The notes under the pieces are model-generated. The model was given only the letters and a program-made list of their open reading frames with translations. It did no database searches and was not told the DNA's origin. This document shows, one piece after another, positions 12,614-25,882 of a stretch of DNA of 64,000 nucleotides. The number at the start of each line of letters is the position of its first letter. Positions within the stretch are counted from its first letter, which is position 1. The translations under genes were made by a program, and so were the position numbers. This DNA comes from Novakomyces olei (lineage: Eukaryota), in contig JADEYG010000009.1 in assembly GCA_016906335.1 (NCBI GenBank), forward strand, positions 620,001-684,000, in the 5' to 3' direction.

Positions 12614-15600
12614 ATGTCTCAACAGCTACCGATCCGGTTTCAAGAGCTGTTACAGGTAATCTTGGCCGAGTGGTTATTGATTCGTGTCTTTAGGCGACGG
12701 GGTAGCAACAATGCCTATTGCCATCCGCTTTTGGCTGCAAGTTTAATGCAATTGGCTTGATTCTCACAAGAAAAAGGCCATTTGACGCCTGTTTCTGTGT
12801 AAAGCAAGACGATACAGGACGATGTACCGGCTACCCCGTCTCAGCGACGCTGTCAATTGACAATGCTAGGCTTTTTGCGCTTTGAATATAGCTAATACAG
12901 TTAGGTAACGGCTCTTGGTATCCAACCACAATCGATTGGCTTTGCTACATTTACGCTACAGTCTGATAAATATGCATGGTACGTCACTCGCACAAGACTC
13001 AATTGAAGCCGGAAAGCAGCAAGGTGCATTTGAAACCGGGCAAAAAAAAACATTCATCATAATGAGAGAAATAGTGGTATGAATATTGCTAATTCGTGTA
13101 CAGTGTCCGTGAACGTGTGAACGACAAAAATGAAGTCGCAATCATCGACATCAAGACGCAGCAGGTCGTGCGGCGTCCAATCACCGCGGACTCTGCGATT
13201 ATGCACCCTAAAGAGAATATCATTGCATTGAAGGCGCAAAAGCAGCTTCAAGTATTCAACTTGTCTACAAAGTCCAAGATTCGCTCTCACGTGACGAACG
13301 AAGATGTTGTCTTTTGGACGTGGGTTTCCCTTAGCACGATCGGGTTGGTAACGGATACTGCCGTTTACCATTGGAACATCGATTCCGATAGTGGACCCGT
13401 AAAGGTCTTTGATCGGCATATGAGTCTTTCCGGGTGTCAGATTATTAATTATCGTGTTAATGCTGACGAGAGCTGGATGGCTCTTATTGGCATTTCATCG
13501 AGAGAGAATCGTGTAGTGGGCAGTTTGCAACTTTACTCCAAGGCGCGCAAGGTCAGCCAGCCTATCGAGGGCCATGCTGCTGCTTTTGCAGAATTGCGTT
13601 TGGACGGAGCTCCTAGTGACACCAAACTGTTTACTTTTGCAGTTAAAACTGCGACAGGAGCTAAACTGCACATTGTGGAAATCGATCACAATCCAGCAAA
13701 TCCGGCTTTCACAAAGCGCAATGTCGACGTTTATTTCCCTCCAGAAGCTGCCAATGATTTCCCCGTTTCCATGCAAGTGTCCAAAAAGCATGGAATTATT
13801 TACCTCGTAACAAAGTACGGGTTTATCCACCTTTACGATCTGGAAACCGGCGTATGCATCTACATGAACCGTATCTCTGGTGAGACTATTTTCACCACAG
13901 CTGTCGATGAAGAAACGAGCGGTATCCTGGCGGTTAATCGAAAAGGCCAGATTCTCCGTGTCACTATCAACGACAGTACTATTGTCCCTTATGTCATGAA
14001 CAATCTGAACAATGTGGATTTAGCTATTAAACTCGCTAGCCGCGCCAACTTGCCTGGTGCAGATGACTTGTATGAACGCCAATTTCGCAATTTGTTCCAG
14101 CAGGGTAATTATTCGGAGGCAGCAAAAGTTGCCGCCAATTCTCCACGTGGAATACTGCGCACGCCTGCCACTGTAGAGCAGTTTAAAAGAATCCCGACAC
14201 AGCCGGGGACAGTGGCCCCTATTTTGCAGTACTTTGGTACCCTTCTGGACAAGGGCCCCTTGAACGCTGTTGAAACGATGGAGCTGGCCCGGCCCGTACT
14301 GGCCCAGAACCGTAAGGCCCTACTGGAGAAATGGCTCAAGGAGGATAAGCTTGAGTGCACTGAAGAGCTCGGAGATCTTGTACGCTCTCAGGATTTGCAG
14401 ATGGCCTTGAGCATCTACCTTCGGGCCAATGTTGCCAACAAAGTCGTGGCCTGCTTTGCTGAGCTCGGAGAGTTTGACAAGATTGTGCCCTATGCCAGCC
14501 GAGTCGGATACAGCCCCGATTTTACTGCTCTACTTCAGCATATTGTACGGATCAACCCTGATCGTGGTGTTGATTTTGCCACTCAGCTTGTCAATAATCC
14601 CGGTGGATCATTGATCGATGTGGAACGTGTAGTTGACGTTTTCCAGTCGCAAAACATGATCCAACAAGCAACGGCTTTCCTCTTGGATGCGTTGAAGGAT
14701 AACCGTCCAGAGCAGGGCCATTTGCAGACAAGACTTTTGGAGATGAATCTGCTAAATGCGCCTCAAGTAGCCGATGCAATTCTGGGCAACGAGATGTTTA
14801 GCCATTTTGACAGGCCGCAGATTGCTCAGCTGTGTGAGCGTGCAGGCCTGTACCAGCGTGCCCTCGAGCTGTACGACAATCCTGCCGACATTAAGCGCGT
14901 GATCGTACACTCGGAGGTTCTCAGTCCCGAGTTTTTGATTGCGTACTTTGGTCGGCTTAGTGTCGACCAGTGTTTGGAGTGCCTGAGTGAGATGTTGAAG
15001 GCTAATATTCGCCAAAATCTGCAGATTGTTGTGCAGATCGCGACAAAGTACTCTGATCTATTGGGCGCTCAGAATCTGATCGAGCTCTTTGAAAAATACA
15101 AGACCCCAGAGGGTCTCTACTACTACCTGGGCAGCATTGTCAACCTGACAGACGATAAAGACGTTGTTTTCAAGTACATTCAGGCGGCTATTACTATTGG
15201 CCAGCTCAAGGAGGTTGAACGTATCTGCCGCGACAATAACGTTTATGACCCGACCAAAGTTAAAAATTTTCTCAAGGAAGCCAAACTGCCGGATCAACTG
15301 CCTCTGATTATTGTCTGTGATCGTTTCAATTTTGTACAGGACCTTGTCATGTACCTGTACCAAAACTCGCTGTTCAAATTTATCGAAGTTTACGTGCAAC
15401 GTGTCAATCCGTCCAAGGCACCTTATGTCGCAGGTGCTCTGCTCGACGTTGACTGTGAGGAGAGTATTATCCAGAACCTGCTGTTCTCCGTTCGTGGACA
15501 GGTTCCGATCGATGAACTTGTCGAGGAGATTGAGAAGCGAAACCGTTTGAAGCTGCTGCTGCCTTACTTGGAGATGGAGCTGCAATCTGGCAACCAACAG

Positions 15601-18069
15601 CCTGCCCTGTTTAATGCTTTGGCCAAGATTTACATTGATACAAACAATAATCCGGAAAAGTTTTTGCAGGAGAACAATGCTTACGATTCTCTAGTCATCG
15701 GCAAGTACTGTGAAAGCCGTGACCCTTACCTCGCCTTTATTGCCTACGAAAAGGGCCAGAATGATCAGGAGCTTATCGCTGTCTCCAATGAAAACTCAAT
15801 GTACAAGCAGCAAGCACGTTACCTGCTGAAACGCGCCGACCCATCGCTGTGGGCGGTTGTGCTGAGTGATGATAATAGTCACCGTCGACAGCTGACAGAT
15901 CAGATTATCGCTACTGCCGTTCCGGAAAGCAAAAACCCAGAAGACGTTTCCGTGGTAGTGAAGGCGTTTTTGGACGCAGATTTGCCGGCAGAGCTTATTG
16001 AGCTTTTGGAGAAGATTATTCTTGAACCATCGCCGTTTAGTGAGAACCAAAACCTGCAGAATTTGCTCATCCTGTCCGCAGTCAAGGCAGACAAGTCGCG
16101 TGTAATGGATTACATCCACCGTCTGACAAACTATGATGCCTTTGAGATTGCCAATATCTGTATCAACTCGGGCCTGTATGAGGAGGCTCTAGAGATTTAC
16201 AAAAAGAACCATGCGAACAAAGAGGCAATTAATGTTATTGTTGAGCATATAGTCAGCATTGACAGAGGTCAGGAGTTTGCAGAGCAAGTTGATGAGCCTG
16301 AAGTATGGAGCCGACTGGCCAAAGCTCAGCTGGACGGTCTGCGGATGGCCGACGCTGTTAAATCTTACATTGCAGCTGATGATCCTTCTAATTATGCTGA
16401 AGTTATTGAAATCTTATCGCATGCTGGCAAGTTTGAAGACCTTATCCAATTTCTCCTGATGGCTCGCAAGAAGCTGCGTGAGCCTGTGATTGACAGCGAG
16501 ATTGCCATCTGCTATGCTCGGACTGAGCGTTTGGACGATCTTGAGTCGTTCTTGTCTGGTCCCAATGTTGCGGATATTCAGCGAGTAGGGGACGAAAGCT
16601 TTGCAGCTGGAGAATACCAGGCAGCCAAGATCCTCTACTCTAGCATCTCTAACTGGGCCAAATTGGCATCCACGTTTGTCTTTCTCGGCGAGTTTCAAAA
16701 CGCTGTTGATAGTGCTCGCAAGGCCAACAGTATCCAAGTGTGGAAGCAGGTCAACCAGGCCTGCGTAGACAGGAAAGAATTCCGTCTTGCTCAAATCTGC
16801 GGCCTTAATCTGATCGTACATGCCGAGGAGTTGCAGGCTCTTATTGCTCAGTATGAACGCAACGGCTTTTTCGAGGAAATAATGTCTCTGCTTGAGGCTG
16901 GTCTCGGCCTGGAGCGGGCTCATCGTTCCCTGTTTACTGCCCTGGCTATACTATACACAAAGTACCGTCCGGAGGCGGTTATGGAGCATTTGAGACTGTT
17001 TTGGGGCCGATTGAATATGGCCAAGGTCATTACTGCGTGTGAGGAGGCTCACCTGTGGCCAGAGCTAGTCTTCCTGCACGTTCATGACCAGAGCTTTGAC
17101 AACGCTGCCGTTGTTATGATGGATCATGCTGCTGATGCCTTTGATCATCAGTCCTTCAAGGATGTGATTGCAAAGTGTGCAAACACAGAGCTGAGCTACA
17201 GGGCTCTCAATTTCTATCTGGAGCAGCAGCCCATGCTGCTGACTGATCTTTTGACGGCAATTTCCAGTAGAATAGATCACGCACGGGTTGTACGCATCTT
17301 TGAAAAGAGCGACAATACGCCGCTAATTCAGACGTACTTGGTTGGGGTTCAGCACTTGAATATCACGGCTGTCAATGATGCTTACCACAACTTGTTGATT
17401 GAAAACGAAGACTATAAAACGCTCAAAGATTCAATCGACAGCTTTGATCAGTTTGACAAGATTACACTGGCGAAACGGTTGGAGAGCCACGAGCTGCTGG
17501 AATTCCGTCGTATTGCTGCGTACCTCTACCGTAAGAACAAGCGGTGGCAGCATTCGATTGAGCTGTCCAAGGAGGATCAATTCTACCAGGACGCCATTAC
17601 TACAGCCCGCGATTCTCAGCGCACTGATATAGCCGTGGACCTGCTCTCCTACTTTGTCGACGTTGGCAACCGCGAGTGCTTTACTGCCATGCTTTATACC
17701 TGCTACCATTTGCTGCCAAATGCCACAGTTATGGAGTACGCGTGGCGAAAGAACCTGTCCGATTATGCTATGCCTTACATGATCAATTTCCAACACGAAA
17801 TGTTTACAAAGCTGTCGATGCTCGAAAAGGATTACGAGGAGCGTCAAAAGAAGAACGATGAACAAAAGGCAGTTGAGGGCTCTACGCCCATGATTGGAGC
17901 AGGGTTCGGTAATCAGCTTTTGCTTGGTGGCCCTGGAACTAATGCCGCTGCCTCTGCTCCTCCTCTTCCACAGTCTGCTGCGGCCACCGGGTTCGCTGGT
18001 GCTCCAGCCGGTGGAGGATTTGGGTCATTCCAAAGCAATGGCATGACGCCTCAAAGAACAGGGTTCTAG
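12614..18069 (+). CDS. CHC1: Clathrin heavy chain. Exons 12614-12655, 12905-12978, 13104-18069
   Basis: MSQQLPIRFQELLQ start, RRPITADSAIMHP, SQPIEGHAAAF, CHC repeats. Introns 12656-12904 and 12979-13103 are in frame. Confidence 0.98.
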
Positions 18070-19405
18070 AGCTATACATCAGATTGTGTGGGAGATATGA
18101 TGAGTGGATTCTTTTCTTTTTCTAGAAAGAGAAGTATATTGGATATGGTCTCGAGAATAGCCCATTGCTAGATTTGATATAGTAAAAAGTTTGTCAATGG
18201 ATCCAATGTTGAACGATATAGTTTGCATTTAGTTTGTATGTTGCGGAGAGAAGAGTGTATATCACTGTATATCACCACTGTATTTCATTTCATTTCATTT
18301 TATTACATATTTTGTTTTATTTTATTTCATTATTTCCTCTAGTCCCTTTGCTTTATTTTATTGCACTTCAAAATTCTTGCTCCTCTATGGAGAAGGATGA
18401 CAAGTTATACAAACGGCGTACGGAAAAGACAAACAATTCATGGCACAATCAATTCACTGTGTAATCGAGTATTTAAATAGACAAAAGCGGTCATTACAGC
18501 GCCAAGAAAATGGATATAAATGTGCCCAAAAGACATGTAACGGAGCAAAAATCGAAAATTGTAATACAAAAAGCACGTGAAACACGATTCGTGTCTCGGC
18601 TCAGTCGCCTGAATCCGTAAAAAGCATGCTCCATCTTTTTCGGATAATACGAGTCCAATCTAGTTGTATCGCTAATCTAACCCCATTGAGACTGAGCATT
18701 TTGGATATAAGAGTGATGTAACCAACCAACCGTATCTTGACAGAATCCAGAATGGTTGACATGAAAATTAGGGATTATTACTGGAATAGGGTTAATATCA
18801 ATAAGGATTAATATTGAACAGGGTTAATATTAAAATCGGTAAAAGAGCGGCCGCTATTGAGCGCGAGGCAGGAAACGAGTAACGTTGCTCTAAAAGAACT
18901 GCAATCAATCGGTGAAACAGGAATTGGGTGCCTTGAAACTTGCAGTCAATGCAACTTTACATTTTTTTTTTTTACATTTTTTTTTGTAAACACAAAATGT
19001 TCTATTCGTCTCGACAATCTAAAGGTTCGATCATCGCCTTCAATCCGCGTATCTATCATCGTCATTATCGTTCTGCGCTGCCCATTACTTGTTCATCATT
19101 CTGTTATTTCCTCGTTAAACGTTATTTCCCAAATTTAATCCAGCAAATCATAAGCGTATCCCATATTAAATTTTGTGCGGTTGATAGGTCACAAGTAAGA
19201 TTCAGAGCCAAAGTACCACTGTTAATTAAATGCCATATCCGATCATACAACCGCACTCGAGCTCCGCATAAAATATCCAAAAGGATTCTTCTGTCCGGCG
19301 CAAAAGGCAGCCACGCCCTTCTACACTCTCCTGTTTTCTGCTTCAAATTGCACTTTTATAACCCTCTTTTTTCTGTGCGTGAGCGTCGCCGAGTGTACGT
19401 GAACC

Positions 19406-22400
19406 ATGTCTGGCGATCCGTTCGTCGAAGGTACCTTTCCAATCGCTCAGCGGACAACACTGACCCTACTCAGATGATACGGTGGAAGATCTTAGCTCTA
19501 CGAAGCATATCCGCCACATTCGAAGCCACAGCTCTTCGGGCGGCAGCTTGGGCAAATTGATGGGTAAGCAATTCTGGTCTGCTTGCTTGCAATTGCCCAT
19601 ACTAACCGATCACGCTCGCAGCCGTTAACCGTTCCGAAATTGCTATCCGTATTTTTCGCACTGCCCACGAACTCGGCTGCCATACTGTGGCCATCTACTC
19701 GCACGAAGATCGGCTTTCTATGCACCGCCAAAGTAAGAATTGATCCGGCAATTAGGGTTTACTGACCGTGTTTGCCAGAGGCGGATGAGGCTTATCAGAT
19801 CGGTGAACTCGGCCAATTCACGCCAGTAGGGGCCTACCTTGCTCAGGTACGTTTGCATATGTTTGGTCATTTGTCTACACTGCTCTATAAAATTGGGGGG
19901 TTTTTTTTTTCTTTGATGTATACGCTCTATTTAATATGGATGCTGCCAATAGTTTCTATTTACTGCCTACAATGTCTGTGCTTTAGCAGTGATACACGAA
20001 TTATAATATCGGCGCTTTGGTTTTTAATTTACAATTCCCCTCGCAATCGTTGTAATAGTCGCTGTTTGGTCCCGTTTCCAATCTAATTCCAGGACGAAAT
20101 CATCTCTATTGCCAAGAGACACAAGGTGGACATGATCCACCCTGGCTACGGTTTCCTTTCGGAGAATGCTAGTTTTGCTCGTAAAGTTGAAGAGGCCGGG
20201 ATAGCCTTTGTCGGCCCGCGGCCGGATGTCATTGACAAGCTCGGCGACAAGACAAAAGCGCGTACAATTGCCATGCAGTGCAATGTGCCCGTTGTGCCTG
20301 GAACACCCGGCCCCGTCTCTGACCCTGGGGAGGCTAAAGCCTTTGTTGAGGAACACGGTTTCCCTGTGATTATCAAGGCGGCAATGGGCGGTGGAGGCAG
20401 AGGCATGCGAGTCGTTCGTGATGCCGAGTCCTTTTTGAGTTCATTTGAACGTGCAAAGTCTGAGGCCAAAACGTCCTTTGGAGACGACACTGTCTTTATC
20501 GAGCGTTTCCTTGACAGACCGAAGCATATTGAGGTGCAATTGCTGGCCGATTCAGCGGGCAATGTGATCCATTTGTTTGAGCGCGACTGTTCCGTCCAGC
20601 GACGTCATCAAAAAGTTGTTGAAATTGCTCCGGCCAAGGACATTTTGCCCCATGTCCGTCGGGCTATTCTGGAGGACGCAATTAAAATCGCCAAGGCGGT
20701 CAATTACCGCAACGCTGGGACTGCAGAGTTTCTGGTTGACAACAAAGGCCGGCACTATTTCATTGAAATCAACCCGCGTATCCAAGTAGAGCATACAATA
20801 ACCGAGGAAATAACGGGCATTGATATAGTGGCGGCCCAGATCCAGATAGCCGCTGGGGCTCTACTGCCCCAGTTGGGCCTTACACAGGACGCCATCACTG
20901 CTAGAGGCTTTGCCATCCAGTGCCGTGTGACTACAGAGGACCCGGCCAATAGTTTTGCTCCCGACACTGGCAAAATAGAGGTATACCGCTCCGCCGGGGG
21001 CAATGGAGTCCGTTTGGACGGGGGCAACGGCTTTGCTGGAGCCGTTATTACGCCCTTTTACGATTCAATGCTGGTTAAATGTACGTGCTCCGGTTCCTCG
21101 TACGAAGTAGCCCGTCTTAAAATCCTGAGGGCGCTAGTCGAGTTCCGTATCCGTGGCGTCAAGACGAATATCCCCTTTTTGGCTCGTTTGCTAACGCACC
21201 CCACCTTTGTCGAGGGCAGTTGCTGGACCACTTTTATAGACGACTCGCCAGAGCTTTTCCAGCTGTATTCGAGCCAGAATAGGGCTCAGAAGCTGCTGCT
21301 GTACTTGGGAGAAGTCATTGTCAATGGCAGCAGTATCGCTGGCCAGAAAGGTGAGCCGTTGCTCAAGACGCCCATAGTTATGCCTCAGCTCCACGACCCA
21401 GCAAACCCTTCCAAGGTTCTTGATACCTCCCAGCCCTGTGGCCAGGGCTGGAGGCAAATACTGCTCGAGCAAGGCCCAGAGGCCTTTGCTGGAGCAGTAA
21501 GAGCCAACCCGGGCTGCTTGATTATGGACACCACCTGGAGAGACGCTCACCAGAGTCTGCTGGCCACACGAGTACGCACTATCGATCTGGCTAATATTGC
21601 TCCGGCAACGAGCCACGCTTACGCAAACGCCTTTGCCCTCGAAATGTGGGGCGGAGCCACGTTTGACGTGGCCCTCCGCTTCCTCCACGAAGACCCGTGG
21701 GACAGGCTGCGAAAGCTGAGGAAACTGGTGCCCAATATCCCCTTCCAGATGCTTTTGCGTGGAGCCAATGGACTCGCCTACTCCAGCCTTCCGGACAGCA
21801 GTATCGAGTACTTTTGCGAGCAGGCGCACAAGAATGGGATAGATATCTTTCGCGTCTTTGACGCATTGAATGATGTGGACAATTTGGCCGTTGGCGTTAC
21901 AGCGGCTAAACGGTCGGGTGCCGTTTGTGAGGCGACAATGTGCTACAGCGGCGATATGCTCAATCCCAACAAGAAATACAACCTGCAATATTACTTGGAC
22001 CTGGCGGCTAAAATAAACGAGATGGGCCCTCACGTGCTCGGTATAAAGGACATGGCGGGCACAATGAAACCGGGAGCGGCTAAACTGCTAATAAGTGCAC
22101 TGAGGCAAAGATTCCCTCGGCTGCCGATCCACGTGCACACGCACGACTCTGCCGGCACTGGCGTTGCCTCAATGGCGGCTGCTGCTGCTGCTGGAGCCGA
22201 TGTAGTGGACGTGTGTACAGACTCCATGTCCGGGTCCACGTCTCAGCCGAGTGTCGGAGCTCTGCTGGCCTCTCTGGAAGGCTCTGGCCTGTCTACCGGG
22301 ATCCATGTGCCTCATGTCCGAGAGCTCGACTCGTACTGGGACCAGATGCGGCTGCTCTACTCGTGCTTTGAGGCCGATTTAAAGGGATCCGACTCGGACG

Positions 22401-23365
22401 TGTACGTGCACGAGATCCCTGGCGGGCAGCTGACCAACTTGAAGTTCCAGGCTTCAGCTCTCGGGCTGGCGACACAGTGGAAGGAGACAAAGCTGGCGTA
22501 CGAGGCAGCCAACCAGCTGCTCGGCGATATCATCAAAGTGACCCCGACGTCCAAGGTAGTAGGCGACCTGGCTCAGTTTATGGTGCAAAACAAGCTGGAG
22601 CCAGTGGATGTAGTTGAGCGGGCAGAGGAGCTCAATTTCCCAGACTCTGTCCTCGATTTTTTCCAGGGCCTAATGGGACAGCCGTACGGTGGCTTTCCTG
22701 AACCTCTTCGCTCACGTGTGCTCAAGGGCCGCCGTAAGCCTCTGTCTGAAAGGCCTGGGCTTTCCCTGCCACCGGCAGATATAAGGGGGATCCGCCATGA
22801 GCTGGCTAAAAAATACGGGATTGCCTCCGACTCTGACGTGGCCAGCTATACCCAGTTCTCTCGTGTGTTTGAGGAGTATAGGGCCTTTATTGCGAGGTAC
22901 GGGGACGTCAGTGTAGTGCCCACACGGTACTTTTTATCTGCGCCAGAGATTGGCGAAGAGTTCCAGATCGAAATCGAGCCGGGCAAAGTGCTGATCGTGA
23001 AACTGTTGGCTATCGGACCCGTACAGGAGCACACTGGCCAGCGAGAACTGTACTTTGAGATGAACGGCGAAGTCAGACCGGTCAGTATCGACGACAAAAA
23101 GGCCGCTGTTGAAAGCGTCTCCAGGCCCAAGGCAGATACAAGCAATCCGGGTCACGTGGCGGCTCCCATGAGCGGTGTTATCGTGGAACTGCGCGTCAAG
23201 AAGGGGTCCGACGTGAAGAAGGGCGATATCATCGCCGTACTCTCCGCAATGAAGATGGAAATGATTATTTCTGCGCCTCACAGCGGAACAGTTGACGATG
23301 TCCTTGTGAAACAGGGCGACAGTGTAAACGGCGGAGACTTGGTGGCCGTGTTGATAAAGGGCTAA
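19406..23365 (+). CDS. PYC1: Pyruvate carboxylase. Exons 19406-19430, 19474-19563, 19622-19732, 19779-19846, 20093-23365
   Basis: [56 protein letters not shown], biotinylation motif AMKM. Four GT-AG introns with branch sites keep the frame. Confidence 0.97.
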
Positions 23366-23378
23366 ACGTATTAATAAA

Positions 23379-23605
23379 CAAGTGAATAAGTGAATAAGTG
23401 AATAAGTGAATAAGTGAATAAGTGAATGAATAAATAAATAAATAAATAAGTGAATAAATAAATAAATAAATAAGTGAATAAATAAATAAATAAATAAATA
23501 AGTGAATGAATAAATAAATAATTAATTAATTAATTAATTAATTAATTAATTAATCATTAATCATTAATCATTAATCATTAATCATCAATCATCAGTCATC
23601 AATCA
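23379..23605. repeat. Compound microsatellite (AAGTGAAT)n/(AAAT)n/(TAAT)n/(TAATCAT)n between the convergent PYC and ATP11 3' ends
   Basis: Read directly from the sequence. Confidence 0.9.
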
Positions 23606-23782
23606 ACCAATTACTCGATACATTTACAATATTTGAAACTAGAATTACAAATTAAATTGACGAGCAAATGGCAGTTCAATACGTCTTGGATTCAGTAGCT
23701 ATTTATAATCGTATCTTGTTTAACGCCATCTCAACCCCCATGATTCAGCTGTCCCCGTGTTGAACAACGAAACAGGCCCCTT

Positions 23783-24770
23783 TCAAACAACTTTATCAGT
23801 CTCTTCAATAACCTGGTTCAGGCTAAAATCAGGCGAGCCTCGTGAAAAGTTTTCCAGCAGCTTTATACGCTTTGACCCGGTAGCGTCCACCGGCTGGGCG
23901 GCATAAAACTTTTGCATTAAAAGCACGAGCAGTTGAGCCTGGTCTGTAGAAACTCCACGGTCCGTCTCTACTTCTCCCTGCATTAGAATAATATCTTTAT
24001 CGTCCAAGAGCTCGCTGTAGTGTGAGACTACTGTGTGGGGCACAGCGAATTCGCGTTTAGCCTTGTACTCGAGGAGGGACGTGATCATCAAATGCGAGAC
24101 ATCTTTGGCCGGAAAAGACCACTGTAAAAGATGCATTTCCACGCCCTGGCCCTCCCTTGGTAAAGGCAGGACAAACTAGTCGTTAGAGAAACGAGCAACG
24201 CTGCTCACAGAGGCTTACCATTGGATTGCGCCGTGCGTTTTCGTAAACAGCGGCAAAAGTAGCACCAGGAATAACTGCAATCAGTGAATTTTGCTTGTCG
24301 GCAAACCGAGCACGCCAAACGTACTCGAGCTCTTTGAGCGGCAATTGCTTAATTTTGTCCACGTCGACAAAAGACGAAAGCGTTTTTATAGGCGCAGCGC
24401 TCTCGCTCTGCCGGTCGGCAGCCTTTTCTCCTCCACACACCTGTCCTCCACTATCCTCGCCAATTCTGCCATTGCCTTCTAATTTGTCTCCTTGAAAGGA
24501 GCCTTTTGCTTCAAGTCCTCTATCCCGCTCGGACGAGTCGCGCCTATACCGCCTGCGCAGTTCTGCTACAGAGCCCAGTCCCTCGATGGCCGCTCGCTTT
24601 TTAAGTTTTTCCGTATACTTTGCACCCAAATCGGGTCCTTTGGGTTTCTCCCGGCACAATCGGCTGGCGTGGTATTCGCGCTGCCATCGTACCACATTAG
24701 CCGTACACTTGCACGTGCTCACGAGGCCGCGTGAGGGAAGGAGCGTGCAATTCCGTAGCCGAGTCCACAT
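23783..24770 (-). CDS. ATP11: Mitochondrial F1-ATPase assembly chaperone Atp11. Exons 24770-24219, 24175-23783
   Basis: Presequence, KTLSSFVD, NPM|FVLPLPREG..EMHLLQW, TSLLEYK, QAQLL..LMQKFY. 43-nt intron 24218-24176. Confidence 0.92.
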
Positions 24771-25341
24771 TTGCGTATGACGAGCTGGCTCGGTCGTCGA
24801 TTACAGTATAAAATTTGGCGTATTAAAGTTACTCGCGTACATTAATTTGGTTTATAGTGAGTGAGTGTGCGATACACGTTACTTTTGTGCCAACAGACAC
24901 AGTGTAAATTGAGTGACCTCTTTTATTATTATCATTTATAAACTTCCTCTTACTACTCTTACACATATATTAATGTGCTGGGGAAAGTATCAAGGTATCA
25001 TCGAGTCCAGTACACTGAATCATACACGATCTATACTCTTATGTTTGAGCTACGCTAGAGTTACCCTATACATAATATAGTTCTCGACTATAAGTTGGAT
25101 AGTCGCCAGAATAAAGTGCCACAACTTGCTATAATTAATAGTACGCCATTACCAGTAAACTGTACCTATACCAAACGCGCTAATAAATGTGTCTCAAAGC
25201 CACTCACTGCGCAGTGGTCAGAGAGTAAAGAGGATAATGGATTGTTTACTGTTTTTGCACAAGCGCCATGACATTAATGTCCTCGTATATTCGTGCTCCC
25301 GATGCAAAGATCTGGTGATCCATTGCGTGCCTCGTGTCTTG

Positions 25342-25527
25342 GTAGGAATACTGTAGAATACTGTAGGAATAACTGTAGGAATACTAGGAATACTGTAGGA
25401 ATAACTGTAGGAATACTGTAGGAATACTGTAGGAATACTGTAGGAATAACTGTAGGAATACTGTAGGAATACTGTAGGAATAACTGTAGGAATACTGTAG
25501 GAATACTGTAGGAATATGTAGGGATAC
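25342..25527. repeat. 11/12-bp minisatellite (GTAGGAATA[A]CT), about 16 copies
   Basis: Read directly from the sequence. Confidence 0.93.
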
Positions 25528-25882
25528 TTTACCGTTGTATTGCAGTTTGAGACACTTTTTGTGCGCACTTTCATAGAACTTGAATAAATAAATAAATAAA
25601 TAAACAATTAATATTAATTAATTAACCAATAAAGAAATTAATTAATTAAACAAACGGCAGCGATTGTTACAAACACGGGGAAACTGACGCGAAACAGCGG
25701 CAGCCTTTGTAGGCGAAAGCGGTTTGCTTTAATCGGGCACTGGCGCCTACTGGCGCGACCGCTGAACCCAATACTTTGATCTTTAACAGCTGGTTAACAA
25801 TTTTATCCAGTCTTTTTCAGCCGGGAAAGGATTTTGAGGGCCTTGATAAAGATCTGCGACGGCCGTTTGACCGCACGCATTA

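Noticed and set aside
12656-12904. TPP riboswitch in CHC1 intron 1
   Set aside because: Lacks the CTGAGA and TGAT..GGATAATACCAGCG consensus, and the gene is unrelated to thiamine
18766-18835. TAGGGTTA as a telomerase template or telomeric seed
   Set aside because: Part of a degenerate local repeat of about 16 bp, with no convincing pseudoknot next to it
18940-19560. 206-aa ORF upstream of pyruvate carboxylase
   Set aside because: TTG start, low-complexity composition, and it crosses the real PYC exons and intron in another frame
21191-22033. 280-aa antisense ORF in PYC
   Set aside because: Expected by-product of codon bias in a conserved gene
25342-25527. CRISPR-like or telomeric interpretation of the tandem arrays, and ORF 25218-25607
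   Set aside because: Head-to-tail repeats without unique spacers in a eukaryote; units differ at each locus; the ORF is a repeat artefact
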